Positions 1 through 9,788 of a DNA stretch of 64,000 nucleotides are shown here, piece by piece (within the stretch, counting starts at the first letter, position 1; every line of letters starts with the position of its first letter). Source of the DNA: Patescibacteria group bacterium (GTDB lineage: Bacteria > Patescibacteriota > Patescibacteriia > 2-01-FULL-39-33); contig JBAZMW010000001.1 of the NCBI GenBank assembly GCA_041649575.1, positions 154,711 through 218,710 on the forward strand, in the 5' to 3' direction. A model generated the notes under the pieces. It worked only from the letters and a program-made list of their open reading frames with translations. It did not search any database and was not told where the DNA came from. Made by a program: the position numbers and the translations under genes.

Positions 1-2004
1 CGTGAAGCTGGAGTTGGTGGCTCCGCTTATTGCCACGCCGTCCTTCTTCCACTGATACGAGAGCGGCGTCGTGCCCGAGGCCACAACCGTGAACGTAACC
101 AGCGATCCAATACTGGCCGTCTGTGATACCGGTTGCGTGGTGATCGTCGGGGCGACCGCTGTCGATTCGATTGTCAGTGTAGCCACATTGGACGTTGCTG
201 TTCCAGCGGCGTTTTTCACGACACAGCGATAGGCGCCTTCGTTGATCGCACCTGCCGACAGAATAGTGAGCGCGGAGCTCTTCACACCTATCGAAGCGCT
301 GTTCTCTGCGATGTCAACGCCGTTCATCTGCCATTGGTATGACAGCGGCGCTGTGCCCGTAGCCGTGACACTGAAGGTGGCCGACGCACCCAGGTCCACA
401 GTAAGCGAGTCTGGCTGTTTGGTGATCGTCGGGGCGACGGCTGTCGACGCTAGCGTCAGCGTTGCCACGTTCGACGTTGCTGTTCCAGCGGCGTTCTTCA
501 CGATACAGCGGTAGGCGCCAGCATTCACTGTGCCAACTGACAAGATTGTAAGAGTCGGACTCTTTATTCCCGTAGACGCGCTGTTCTCGGGAATGTCCAC
601 TCCGTTGTCTTGCCATTGGTATGACAGTGGCGCTGTGCCGGTGGCCGTGACACTGAAGATCGCCTGTTCGCCGACGTTTACCGTCAGTGAATCCGGCTGT
701 TTGGTGATCGCCGGGCTGATGGCTTCTCCTGCGGCCATGGCCACGTCGATTTTGTAGTAGCCGAGTCCTTGCCCGCTGGAGCCGGTCTCCTCGTGGAGTT
801 CGGTTCCGCCACTCACGCCGATGCCTTGCACTGTGCCGTTCTCGGCGGCATCGACCCGCCAGAGTTTGACCCAGTAGAAATGGTCGGAGTTCGGGTGTTT
901 GGCTGCGAGTCGTAGCTCGATCTGTTCGGCGCCGGCCATGTTCTGTTGCCAGACACCTTTGAGATTGATCACGGCCGGCGTACCATACTCCCAGTCGGGT
1001 GGTGGTACTGGCAGGATGATGCCGCCAGTATCGTTCGGGTACGCGCAAACCATCGCGCAGAGTCCGCTCGGAGACTGGTCATCGGGCCATCCGATGAAGC
1101 AGTTCCTCAGATCCCAGTGGTGTACATCGCAGTACACCGAGAGTTCGTCGCTGGTGTTGACGACGTTCAAGGTGACAATCGCGCTGTCGTCTTGCCAGGG
1201 GATTTCGCCCTCTCCTTCGCCTTCGCCTTCTCCTTCTCCGGCGTGATGGTTGGGATGGTCGTCCGGATTCAGTGGGTCGGTACCGGCATTGATTTCTTCG
1301 CGGTCCGTGTAGCCGTCTCCATCCGTGTCGGATCCGTACTGACCATACGGCAGGGTACCATAGAAGCATTCCTGCCAGTTGGGTACGCCATCGCTGTCCG
1401 GATCGCCTAGGGACCCGTTTTCGCCCGCCGGATCGTGCGGATCCAGCGAGTTTAGTGACTCCCAGAAATTGGGCATGCCGTCGCCGTCGGTATCGTCCAG
1501 TTCCGGAGCTTGCCGCCGGATGAAGATCGTGATCACAGAGTCGTGTCCGTTTAGTTTAACGGATAGGTCGACTCTGATCGACTTCGCCGCCGGGCTTGGT
1601 GGTACCGTTACCTCCCACTGCGTGCCGTCTCCTTCGATGTGGGGCGGGTCACTGGGAACACCAAATGGTTTACCCACCTCATTGAGATAGAGTCCATCGG
1701 TGATGCCACTGGCTTTGCCGCAGTCAAGCGGGAAGTCGACCCACTGGCCTTGCATTTCGGGCAGGGAAATCTCATACGAAACCGTCCCGCCCCTGGCGCA
1801 GTCGAAGTGGGCGCCGTCGATCTTGATCTTGGCCCCGTGTGAAATAACCACTCCAGGGTTGGCAACCTCGACAATTCCGATTTGCTGTCCGGTCTCGCCG
1901 AAGGTCGTCACCAGGATCGACATCTCTCTTTTTTCGGGGCATCCTACGAACAGAAGCCCCATGGCCAACGTAACTGCCACGCACATACTCACTCTCGTCT
2001 TCAT
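1..2004 (-). CDS. Secreted/lipoprotein-like surface protein (partial; C-terminus runs off the left edge). N-terminal domain has DxDxDG TSP3-like Ca-binding repeats, followed by at least three tandem Ig-like (I-set type) domains.
   Basis: I translated the reverse complement by hand from ATG 2004..2002 with no stops to position 1. It reads MKTRVSMCVAVTLAMGLLFVGC (signal peptide), then DTDGDGMPNFW / DPDSDGVPNW / DTDGDGYTD repeats and a GEGEGEGE run. Three ~90-aa repeats (VAPTITKQPDSLTV...TGTAPLSYQWQ.NGVDI...AYRC.VKNAAGTATS) show up in the DNA as ~270-bp tandem repeats. RBS AAAGGAGGcaacATG. About 60% GC. The provided ORF track omits it because no stop falls in the window. Confidence 0.75.
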   Translation of the reverse strand, partial: MKTRVSMCVAVTLAMGLLFVGCPEKREMSILVTTFGETGQQIGIVEVANPGVVISHGAKIKIDGAHFDCARGGTVSYEISLPEMQGQWVDFPLDCGKASGITDGLYLNEVGKPFGVPSDPPHIEGDGTQWEVTVPPSPAAKSIRVDLSVKLNGHDSVITIFIRRQAPELDDTDGDGMPNFWESLNSLDPHDPAGENGSLGDPDSDGVPNWQECFYGTLPYGQYGSDTDGDGYTDREEINAGTDPLNPDDHPNHHAGEGEGEGEGEGEIPWQDDSAIVTLNVVNTSDELSVYCDVHHWDLRNCFIGWPDDQSPSGLCAMVCAYPNDTGGIILPVPPPDWEYGTPAVINLKGVWQQNMAGAEQIELRLAAKHPNSDHFYWVKLWRVDAAENGTVQGIGVSGGTELHEETGSSGQGLGYYKIDVAMAAGEAISPAITKQPDSLTVNVGEQAIFSVTATGTAPLSYQWQDNGVDIPENSASTGIKSPTLTILSVGTVNAGAYRCIVKNAAGTATSNVATLTLASTAVAPTITKQPDSLTVDLGASATFSVTATGTAPLSYQWQMNGVDIAENSASIGVKSSALTILSAGAINEGAYRCVVKNAAGTATSNVATLTIESTAVAPTITTQPVSQTASIGSLVTFTVVASGTTPLSYQWKKDGVAISGATNSSFT

Positions 2005-2097
2005 GTTGCCTCCTTTGCCCTTGAGGGCTGTCTGTGTTGGTCGCCCTCGGGGCAACCGTCTTCACTATGTGACACTCCATTACAACACTCTTACTTG

Positions 2098-2118
2098 CAA
2101 ACGAACAACGCGGTTGTT
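2098..2118. promoter_or_regulatory. Perfect 9-bp inverted repeat (ACGAACAAC-gcg-GTTGTTCGT) upstream of the Ig-like gene; possible operator
   Basis: Palindrome read directly, about 95 bp upstream of the minus-strand start at 2004. Confidence 0.3.
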
Positions 2119-2264
2119 CGTTTTCCTTCTTTGTTTCAAAGGACTGCCGACCACGAGTTCCATGGTCGCTTAAACTGGCCTAAGTCAAAAGAAAGACCGA
2201 CCAAGTTTAATATATTATTTTAGCAAGATTATATTTTTTTGTCAAGATCTAAAAAATTTTTTAA

Positions 2265-2291
2265 AAATAAAAACAAAAAATTCTGATTATC
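2265..2291. terminator. Perfect palindrome AAAAAATTCTGA-tta-TCAGAATTTTTT, bidirectional terminator-like
   Basis: A-run/hairpin/T-run between the GC-rich 5' island and the host minus-strand operon. Confidence 0.4.
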
Positions 2292-2318
2292 AGAATTTTT
2301 TGTTTAAATTTAGATAAA

Positions 2319-3596
2319 TTATTTAGCCTGAACTTTACCGTCACTTTTTTCGAATTCATCTCTGGATAAAGCGGTGGTAATTGAGTAAGGAGTGACAATA
2401 TCAATCAGCTCGCTGGTAAAATCATCAGAAGCTGCCAAAGAAATGTTTTCTAAAAGGGAAGCCGGCTGGCCGATTTGTTCTTCAGTGGGAATAATTTCTA
2501 TTTCAAAAGCGGCCCCGACGCTGGGTAAAAAATTCGATGGCGCATAGACCTTGTCTATATTCCAGTTAATCTTTTTATTCGCTGGGTCATAAATGATAGC
2601 CGAACCGTTGGCAGCACTGAAGCGATTAGTCCAGGAGACGTTAGTTGGCAGTTGGGCGCTGATAGTAAGGTTATTCAAGTCGTTGTATTTATTTTCTAGG
2701 TTCAGAAAAATCCAATACCTGGTTGGCTGGCCAACTTGCGGTGGCAGTGGGCCAAAACCAAGCTGATCACTCTCCTCGGTATAATAGCGGGCAAAAGCGA
2801 CTACTTTACTTTCGGTGCTTATCCTCTGGTTCAATGGTTGACCGGTGCTAAAAATAGGGGACGAATTTCTTTCATTATTTCGATAAAATGCTTCGACATG
2901 ACTGCTAAGAACGAAATTCTTATCGTGAGCAGAGCTCTGCGGCAGTGACTTTTTGGTTTTGATGGAGAATTTAATTTCGCCAGTTTGTCCCGGATCCACC
3001 GAGGCCAGTTGCGGCAGCTGTTCTTTATTCCAGGTAATGACGCTTTCGCCGTCAATCATTCTTTCGTCAAAGATGGCTTTTAGTCGCAGGTCTTTCAAAA
3101 TAAAATTTTCTCGATTTTCATATTTAAGCACATAGGAATAAAATTGCCCCAGGTCGATATTTTTTTCGGATGAAACCAGGCTTAGGATTAAGTTGGTTTT
3201 GGCCGCCGGGACTGTTTCAGTGGTAGACGCTTCTTGATAATTGCCATGAGAAATAAAGCTGTTAGAAAAATCATTTCTTGTTTTCGGTGAGGACAGTAAG
3301 AGTAAAAGATTGAAAACAATAAGAAAGATAATAGTTATAGCCAGCAGCAAATCCACAATCAGGTGCCAGTAGCCATATTTGTTCTTTTGCGGACTGTAGT
3401 GCTTGTGCCAGCGCTTTCTGGCGGGAGAGATAAAAACATTAAGCGTGCCAATAATGACGTTGCCGCTTTTTTTGACTTTTAACTGATCGGGATAAATAGT
3501 GACGGCCGTCTGATCGTCCGATTCTCTGGGTTTGGCCTCGATGATCTCGGCTTTTGTTTCATCGGGAAGTTCTATCAGGGAAGTTTGATCCGGCAT
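2319..3596 (-). CDS. Hypothetical single-pass membrane protein (425 aa), last gene of the envelope operon
   Basis: ORF with a hydrophobic helix (HLIVDLLLAITIIFLIVFNLLLLL); no recognisable catalytic motif. Confidence 0.5.
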   Translation of the reverse strand: MPDQTSLIELPDETKAEIIEAKPRESDDQTAVTIYPDQLKVKKSGNVIIGTLNVFISPARKRWHKHYSPQKNKYGYWHLIVDLLLAITIIFLIVFNLLLLLSSPKTRNDFSNSFISHGNYQEASTTETVPAAKTNLILSLVSSEKNIDLGQFYSYVLKYENRENFILKDLRLKAIFDERMIDGESVITWNKEQLPQLASVDPGQTGEIKFSIKTKKSLPQSSAHDKNFVLSSHVEAFYRNNERNSSPIFSTGQPLNQRISTESKVVAFARYYTEESDQLGFGPLPPQVGQPTRYWIFLNLENKYNDLNNLTISAQLPTNVSWTNRFSAANGSAIIYDPANKKINWNIDKVYAPSNFLPSVGAAFEIEIIPTEEQIGQPASLLENISLAASDDFTSELIDIVTPYSITTALSRDEFEKSDGKVQAK

Positions 3597-3611
3597 TTTT
3601 TTTCTTGATTA

Positions 3612-5738
3612 TTAATTCGCGGCATATTCAAAATTATTATTTTTTTCGATAAAGCTGGTGGTAAAAACATTGGTGGTTAGCGCCAGTATTTCGGCCTGGC
3701 CATCACTGTCAATGTCGCTCGCCAGCGGCTTGACGCCTTCGCGTTTTTGCGGATTGTAGGCCAGCCAAGAATTTAACAACCTGCCTTGCTGATTGAAAAT
3801 TTTTATCTCCGGGCTACCGCCGAATCCAGGACCGGTGATGATCTCGTCTTGGCCGTCGCCGTTAACATCGCCGCAAGCGACATTGACGCCGCCGGCAAAT
3901 TTTTTATCGTAAGCGAAGAAACCCATTGACAATAGTTTACCACGATTATCAAAGATTTTCACATGAGGCCCGCCAGGACTGGAGGCGCCAACAACAATTT
4001 CGCTCTGGCCGTCGCCGTTAACATCGCCAGCAGCTACATTAACTCCCATTTTAGTCCAAGCTTTATTATAGGCATAAAAGCTGGTTGGTTTTGTTTTCCC
4101 TTGCCAGTTGAAAATTTTGACCAAATTAGCGCCGCCGGTTTCCGGGCCAGTGATAATCTCTTGCCAGCCATCATTATCCAAATCGGCGACGGCCAGAGAT
4201 AGGCCGCCGGCAAACTTAGAGCCATAAGGATAAAATTCGGCAATATTCTCTTGAGCGCTGTTATAAATTGTTATTTTATTTTTGGCGGCTACCAAAAATT
4301 CTTTTTGACCGTCATTATTCAAATCGGTTTTGCTGATTTTATTGCCTCCCAGAAACAGTGAAACATAAGCAAAGAAGCCATTTCTCACGGTGTGTCCATA
4401 AGCATTAAAAGGTCTGGCAAAAGAACCATTAGCAAAAACGCCATCTTCGATTTCCGCTAGCGGTCTCAAAAGAATGACGCCATCGCCGGCTTCCAGCGAT
4501 AGTTTATCAAGACGCGAGCCATTGTTTATTTCTGGGTCTTGGATGCCGTGTATTTTCTCGTATTCCGAGTCAAAGCTGACGGTTTGTTTTTTGTCGGTTG
4601 AATTTACAATAGCCACGCCGTTGGCAAAATCTCTTTGCCACAAGCCGGGCTGGAGATTATTGTTCGAAGTCAGGAGGTTTTTAGGAGAGGATTTGGCCGG
4701 ACCTAAGTTGACGTCATATTCGTCGTACCACCAAAAGTGCTCTCTTAGCTGGGTTCCAAAATTAAAACCATAATAGCCATTATAGAGCAGAGCACTGGCC
4801 AGTCCAAAGCGCATCAACTGGTAATTGGTACGATTGCCGGTATTATCGGTGTCAACGTTGATAATATTTAGACGCGGCAGATAGCCAGAATTATTGGTAT
4901 CGCGGTAGCGTTTCATCGAGCCATCCCAGCCACCTTCCCAATATTCGGGAAAACCTTCAAACATCCGGCCATTAAGATCCAAGTATGGGCCGTCGCCATT
5001 GCCGACAATCAGATATTTATCGCCAAATTTGTTTCTTAGATTTTTAAACAGATTTTTATAACCTTCTTGCCAAAGACGATCGATTTTTTCGGCGGAATCC
5101 AGATAACCGTCAGCGTCAATATCGATGCGCGAATTAACCCAGGAGACGTTTTGCCAGACATTGTCGAGCAGCAAGCCGTCCCAAAGGCCGGTGGCCAGCA
5201 CTTTATTCTGATAGAAGTCGGCTAAATAATCGGCATAAGACTTTCCGAGCCGGTTTTTGACATAAAGATTCATGGAAATATTGCCCGGCCAGAAAGAGAT
5301 ATTTTCTCCAGCCACGGTTTTCAATTGCCAGCGGGGGTCGCTCTCCTTGGCCAAGGTGTGCCACAGGCCAGCGCCTTGCGGCTCAACCACTGATAGCCTT
5401 TCGAGCGGGATTTCGTTGGCGGAAGTATAGGCCAAAATAACAATCCTGGGGTTTAGTTTCCTGATTAGTTTGATTTCTTGCTGACTAGTGCTTTGAGCCT
5501 GCATATCCAGAGCCAACAGATCATAAGCAGCCAGCTTAACAGCCTCTTCTTGAGTGATTGGAGTTTTCCAATATAAATTGACGGTACGAGGAAAGTTATA
5601 ACTAAGCAAATCGACAGCTAAAAGCGACTTAAGCGGCAGAAGAATGGCGCTGAAAAAAGCCGCTAAAATCAAACTGCCGGCCAGAATTTTTTGCCAAAGC
5701 TTTATTTGCAAGTTGGTTTTGGGAAACAAAACAAACAT
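3612..5738 (-). CDS. Membrane-anchored protein with a glycoside-hydrolase-like (TIM-barrel GHL-type) central domain and C-terminal FG-GAP/VCBS repeats
   Basis: N-terminal TM segment. C-terminal repeats DLDNDGWQEIITGPETGG..KIF, GDVNGDGQSEIVVGASSPGGPHVKIF and GDVNGDGQDEIITGPGFGGSPEIKIF are typical FG-GAP. The GH-like assignment for the middle domain is weaker. Confidence 0.55.
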   Translation of the reverse strand: MFVLFPKTNLQIKLWQKILAGSLILAAFFSAILLPLKSLLAVDLLSYNFPRTVNLYWKTPITQEEAVKLAAYDLLALDMQAQSTSQQEIKLIRKLNPRIVILAYTSANEIPLERLSVVEPQGAGLWHTLAKESDPRWQLKTVAGENISFWPGNISMNLYVKNRLGKSYADYLADFYQNKVLATGLWDGLLLDNVWQNVSWVNSRIDIDADGYLDSAEKIDRLWQEGYKNLFKNLRNKFGDKYLIVGNGDGPYLDLNGRMFEGFPEYWEGGWDGSMKRYRDTNNSGYLPRLNIINVDTDNTGNRTNYQLMRFGLASALLYNGYYGFNFGTQLREHFWWYDEYDVNLGPAKSSPKNLLTSNNNLQPGLWQRDFANGVAIVNSTDKKQTVSFDSEYEKIHGIQDPEINNGSRLDKLSLEAGDGVILLRPLAEIEDGVFANGSFARPFNAYGHTVRNGFFAYVSLFLGGNKISKTDLNNDGQKEFLVAAKNKITIYNSAQENIAEFYPYGSKFAGGLSLAVADLDNDGWQEIITGPETGGANLVKIFNWQGKTKPTSFYAYNKAWTKMGVNVAAGDVNGDGQSEIVVGASSPGGPHVKIFDNRGKLLSMGFFAYDKKFAGGVNVACGDVNGDGQDEIITGPGFGGSPEIKIFNQQGRLLNSWLAYNPQKREGVKPLASDIDSDGQAEILALTTNVFTTSFIEKNNNFEYAAN

Positions 5739-5740
5739 CT

Positions 5741-6922
5741 TTAATTATTTAGGTTTAGTAATTGGCTATAAATAGCTGACAATGCCTGGTAATGCTGTTG
5801 TGGATTGTATTTTGTTGCCGCCAGCTCTCTGGCCTTTAGGCCGAGCTTTTTTATCTTTTCACGATCGCCCGCTAATTCCATAATAGCATTTTTTAGGGCA
5901 GTCGGGTTGTCCGGCTCAAAAAGCAAACCAGTATCCTCGCTGACAATTTCCGGCACTGCTCCGACACGAGCGGCCACTACTGGCTTGAAACAGCCGTAAC
6001 TTTCCAAAATACTCAAACCAAAAGTCTCATGGACGCGTGACGGGAAAACAGTAAACAAACTTCTGGCGATAAGTTTGGTTAGTTCAGTACCGGTTTTGCG
6101 GCCGACAAACTGTATCCGGCCGGCTAAGCCAGACTCGGCAGCCAAGGCTTTTAGTTCATCTTCTTGCGGCCCGCCGCCGGCAATTTTTAATTTGATGTCC
6201 GGGATTTCTTTTAGAGCCCTGATTAATAAATCCACGCCCTTGCTTTCGTCGAGGCGGCCGAAAAACAGCAAGTAATCTTCCGCTGGCAGTGGCTGGGCCG
6301 GATAAGATTTCAGATCAATAAAATGCGGCAGGATTTGAATTTTTTCTTTTTTGAAGTTGGCTTTCAGTAGTTGATCTTTGACAAATTGCGAGGGGGCGAT
6401 AAAAAGATCGATATTATTCTGATAAATTTTTAGCAGTTTATGAAAATTGAACTCCAGCTTCAAAATCCAGGCGATAAGAGAAGAATTCTTGTGTTTGGTT
6501 GGTTTGTTGTCGGCACGCAAAGTATAATCCGGTTTAACCAGCTTGAAATCATGCACGGTCATTACTATTGGCAGGCCGGCTTGTTTGAGAACCGGCAAAA
6601 TAGAGGGAGAAAGCTGATGATAAATGTTGTGCAAATGGACGATTTGCGGCCGGTCGGCCTTAATCAGCCGGCTGATTTTTCTGCGAGCCGAGAGTGACCA
6701 AAACATCCTGGGGATTTTCATAGCGCTTCTTAGACTGAATCGGCCCAGCTCCCAATCGGTAAGAAAATATTTTTCTTGTCCGCTGTTGATATTTTTGGGA
6801 TTTTTTTGGGAGAAGTAAATTATCTCGTGGCCATGACCAGTCAAGAGGCGGCTTAAATTGAACAGGTAGGCTTCGGCGCCGCCGCGAGGATAGAGAAATT
6901 TATTGACTTGGAGGATTTTCAT
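5741..6922 (-). CDS. Glycosyltransferase family 4 (GT-B fold)
   Basis: C-terminal motif ...VFPSRVHETFGLSILESYGCFKPVVAARVGAVPEIV..GLLFEP, the typical GT4 E-X7-E region. Confidence 0.75.
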   Translation of the reverse strand: MKILQVNKFLYPRGGAEAYLFNLSRLLTGHGHEIIYFSQKNPKNINSGQEKYFLTDWELGRFSLRSAMKIPRMFWSLSARRKISRLIKADRPQIVHLHNIYHQLSPSILPVLKQAGLPIVMTVHDFKLVKPDYTLRADNKPTKHKNSSLIAWILKLEFNFHKLLKIYQNNIDLFIAPSQFVKDQLLKANFKKEKIQILPHFIDLKSYPAQPLPAEDYLLFFGRLDESKGVDLLIRALKEIPDIKLKIAGGGPQEDELKALAAESGLAGRIQFVGRKTGTELTKLIARSLFTVFPSRVHETFGLSILESYGCFKPVVAARVGAVPEIVSEDTGLLFEPDNPTALKNAIMELAGDREKIKKLGLKARELAATKYNPQQHYQALSAIYSQLLNLNN

Positions 6923-6931
6923 AAAATAGCG

Positions 6932-8428
6932 TTAGCCGTTTGTTTCCGCAGGCAGTTTTTGGTTGTTAATTATTTTTCCGGTGCGAATCAGACCCAGAAT
7001 CAGCCAAAAGAAGACGCCGGTTAGATTAGTTTCCAGATAAGGCTGGAACAGGCTGGCAAAAATCAGGGCAGTAAGACAAGCGACTAGACCCAGGTAGTAA
7101 GGATTTAAGTCCTCGTTTAAAAAAATTTTTTTCCAACTCTTGGCCAAGACCGTGGCGATGACTAATAAAAAAAGCAAGAGACCAATAATTCCCATTTGCA
7201 CTAAAATAGCTAGTAGCGAGTTGTGGATATTGCGGACCTCTTCGAAGGTGTGCCAATCTGGCAGTTCCAGGGGGATTTTAAGACCGAAGCCTACCCCCAA
7301 AAAAGGATTAAGCAGCCAGACTCTTTGAGCCGTCTGCCACAAACTGATCCGCCAGCTGGCGCTGGTGTCGCCGGCGGTATTTAAGATAGAAACGACGCGT
7401 TCTTTCAGGTCGCCGCCGTAGTTGTTGATTCCTTCTGGCAAGCCCTGTAGCGGCAGAAGGTTGACTACCAGAACAACCAGGACAACAATGCTGGCCAAAA
7501 CCATAAGATTTTTAAGGCCATAGCCGATTAGCTTTTTTCGGTTGGTTTTGGGGGCGATAAAAAGAAGCACTAAGGCGCCAACAACCAAAGCCAGCCAGAG
7601 GTGTCGCATCAAGGAGACGGCAATCCCCAGGCCCCAAAGCCACAAAACCAGGCTGGGCAAGCTATTGTTATAGAAACGTTTGGCAGCCAGTAAACTCAAA
7701 ATTATTAAAAAAGTTAGAACCAGATAGAAGGCATGAGTTCCGGCCAAGAGGCGGACGCCGCCGGTGGAGAGGGGAGTAAATTCAGTCCACAATCCCTGGC
7801 CTCTGAAAAAACCGATAGCAATAAAAACAATCAGCGCCAAGCCGCTTAAAATCATAATATGAATGAGGTTCTTAAATTTTTTACTGTCTTGAATAATATA
7901 TATAACCAAGAAGTAGAGAATCGGATAAAAAGCGTAATTTTTGAAACTGCTGAAAACTACGGCCGGATCGGCGTTAATATCTATCAGACCGCGCAAAAAG
8001 TAGAGGCCGGTCAGGGCCATGAAAAGCAAGAGGATTTTTTCCGGGGCTTCCAAAAATAATTTGGGACGACTTTTTCTGTAAAAAATATTAATTAATAGTG
8101 CCAGACCGGTAATCAAAATAACAAGGTCGAGCGGATAAATTTTGTAGGCGGCTTGTTCTATGACCAGTGACTGCAGAGTGAAAAAGCGCTCAAAGATCAT
8201 GGTCAGACAAACAATTATTCCCAGCCCGAGAGAGTTGAGGGGCAAAATAAAAATAGCGGCGACAACGACAAAGAGGATAAAAATCAAAGGCGAAAAACTG
8301 AAATAGATTATGCCGATAACAAAAGCGGCCAGATAGATATAGGCCACTATGTTGTAAAGCAGAGTCCAATTAGGCGTCCGGCGCGGTGGACTCTTCTTAG
8401 CGGTTAGGTTTTTATTTTTACCAGTCAT
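6932..8428 (-). CDS. Polytopic membrane protein, O-antigen ligase/polymerase (Wzy_C-like) family
   Basis: At least 10 predicted TM helices with a large loop; sits in an operon with a GT and a Wzz-like protein. Confidence 0.5.
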   Translation of the reverse strand: MTGKNKNLTAKKSPPRRTPNWTLLYNIVAYIYLAAFVIGIIYFSFSPLIFILFVVVAAIFILPLNSLGLGIIVCLTMIFERFFTLQSLVIEQAAYKIYPLDLVILITGLALLINIFYRKSRPKLFLEAPEKILLLFMALTGLYFLRGLIDINADPAVVFSSFKNYAFYPILYFLVIYIIQDSKKFKNLIHIMILSGLALIVFIAIGFFRGQGLWTEFTPLSTGGVRLLAGTHAFYLVLTFLIILSLLAAKRFYNNSLPSLVLWLWGLGIAVSLMRHLWLALVVGALVLLFIAPKTNRKKLIGYGLKNLMVLASIVVLVVLVVNLLPLQGLPEGINNYGGDLKERVVSILNTAGDTSASWRISLWQTAQRVWLLNPFLGVGFGLKIPLELPDWHTFEEVRNIHNSLLAILVQMGIIGLLLFLLVIATVLAKSWKKIFLNEDLNPYYLGLVACLTALIFASLFQPYLETNLTGVFFWLILGLIRTGKIINNQKLPAETNG

Positions 8429-9233
8429 AATAGCGAGGAGTGGTGCCTTGCCCGTCGTCCATTACTTCCGGGTCGATGTCATTTTCGGTTGCCGCCGTCA
8501 TAAAAGACAGAGCTTCATTGTTTAAATTCAGCTGCATCAGAGAAGGCTTATCGGTTTGGTCGTTTTTTTCTATCAGCTCCAGAGTTTCATCTTTGAGGCG
8601 GCCGATTTTCGGCTTGAAAATCGATTCAAAAAGCTGTTGCTCCGGAAAAATAATAATCAGAGTGAAACCTAAGACGATGCCGGCCACCAGACCCAAAACC
8701 GTATTAGTGGCGGTTCGCGGCTGATCGGGCTTATCAGAGGCCACCGGCGCGTCAATCATTTTTATCAGAATTCGATCGCCCAGCCCGTGATAAAGCTGAT
8801 GTTTGGTCATGACGGTATAGCTGATGGCTTGAGCAAATTGGTTTGCTTGGTCGCGATCGCGGTTTAAAACATTGATAAAAATAATGCCTTTGTTTTCCTC
8901 GGTCTTGACCTGAACGGCTTTCTTCCAGTTTTTCAAGCGAGTTTCCGCGCCAATGCCCAGCTCGTCTTTGAGATTAAAGTTGCTTTTAAAAGTGTTGTCT
9001 ATAAAAGAGTTGGTATAAACCACTTCGGTTAAAACGTTGGCGATATAATCGGCAGTGCGACTGGCAGTGTAGGGGTCGACGTTTTCCTGATTGACCACTA
9101 CCAAGAGCTTGACCGAAGACTTGTATTTGGGAGTTTGCAGCAAGCTCACTGCCAAACTGGCGATCATTACCAAAAGGCCAATAGTAATAATGGTTCTGAT
9201 GTTTTTGGCGTTAAAAAGATAAGTTGAACTCAT
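8418..9233 (-). CDS. Polysaccharide chain-length determinant (Wzz/Cap8A-like)
   Basis: N-terminal TM, a periplasmic coiled region, then a C-terminal TM (TVLGLVAGIVLGFTLIIIF); 11-nt overlap with the downstream gene. Confidence 0.5.
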   Translation of the reverse strand: MSSTYLFNAKNIRTIITIGLLVMIASLAVSLLQTPKYKSSVKLLVVVNQENVDPYTASRTADYIANVLTEVVYTNSFIDNTFKSNFNLKDELGIGAETRLKNWKKAVQVKTEENKGIIFINVLNRDRDQANQFAQAISYTVMTKHQLYHGLGDRILIKMIDAPVASDKPDQPRTATNTVLGLVAGIVLGFTLIIIFPEQQLFESIFKPKIGRLKDETLELIEKNDQTDKPSLMQLNLNNEALSFMTAATENDIDPEVMDDGQGTTPRYYDW

Positions 9234-9395
9234 ATTTGTTTAAATTTGGCTATTTTTTATAATTGTTTATTAACATCATAGATTATCATATTTTTTATAA
9301 AATGTCAAACATAGCCCTGTTCGATGGCCCAACGCTATTAGACAATAAAGCCATAAGCGATTATAATATTTATATCCGGCGTTGCCAATAAAAAT

Positions 9396-9770
9396 ATGAT
9401 TTTTTTTAAACTTCACGAATTAATTTGGGTTAATCCGGCCAAGCGCGACAAGGTAATCCTGATTAATTTGTCTTTAGCCCTACTGATTAACCTGGCCTTG
9501 ATAGCGGCGCTGATTTTTAATTTTTGGTGGGCCAAAGAATTCATAATTTTGCGTTTTAATATTTATTTCGGTATCAGCAGCCTGGGTGCTTGGTACAAGG
9601 TTTTTTTGATGCCGCTAATCGGCTTGATAATAATTGTTGTTAATTTTTTATTGAGCTTTTATTTTTATCTTAAAGAAAAATTATTGAGTTATTATCTGGC
9701 CGCCGCCGCTTTGGTTTGTAATTTGATTTTATTGGTAGCGGGGGCTCTTTTAATTTATATTAATTTATAA
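9396..9770 (+). CDS. Small hypothetical integral membrane protein (3-4 TM)
   Basis: ORF made mostly of hydrophobic helices. Confidence 0.4.
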   Translation: MIFFKLHELIWVNPAKRDKVILINLSLALLINLALIAALIFNFWWAKEFIILRFNIYFGISSLGAWYKVFLMPLIGLIIIVVNFLLSFYFYLKEKLLSYYLAAAALVCNLILLVAGALLIYINL

Positions 9771-9788
9771 TTAATACAACCATTTCTT

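Noticed and set aside
1204-1245. GGAGAAGGAGAAGGCGAAGG short tandem repeat, considered as a possible CRISPR/SSR
   Set aside because: It is the coding sequence for a GEGEGEGE linker inside the surface-protein gene. There are no spacer/repeat alternations.
314-1369. Minus-strand ORFs 314..1048 and 1079..1369, and plus-strand ORFs 242..514, 530..757, 946..1410 in the 5' island
   Set aside because: Arg- or Ser-rich, low-complexity translations. They are alternative frames of the real Ig-like/TSP3 gene, which occupies the minus-strand frame ending at 2004.
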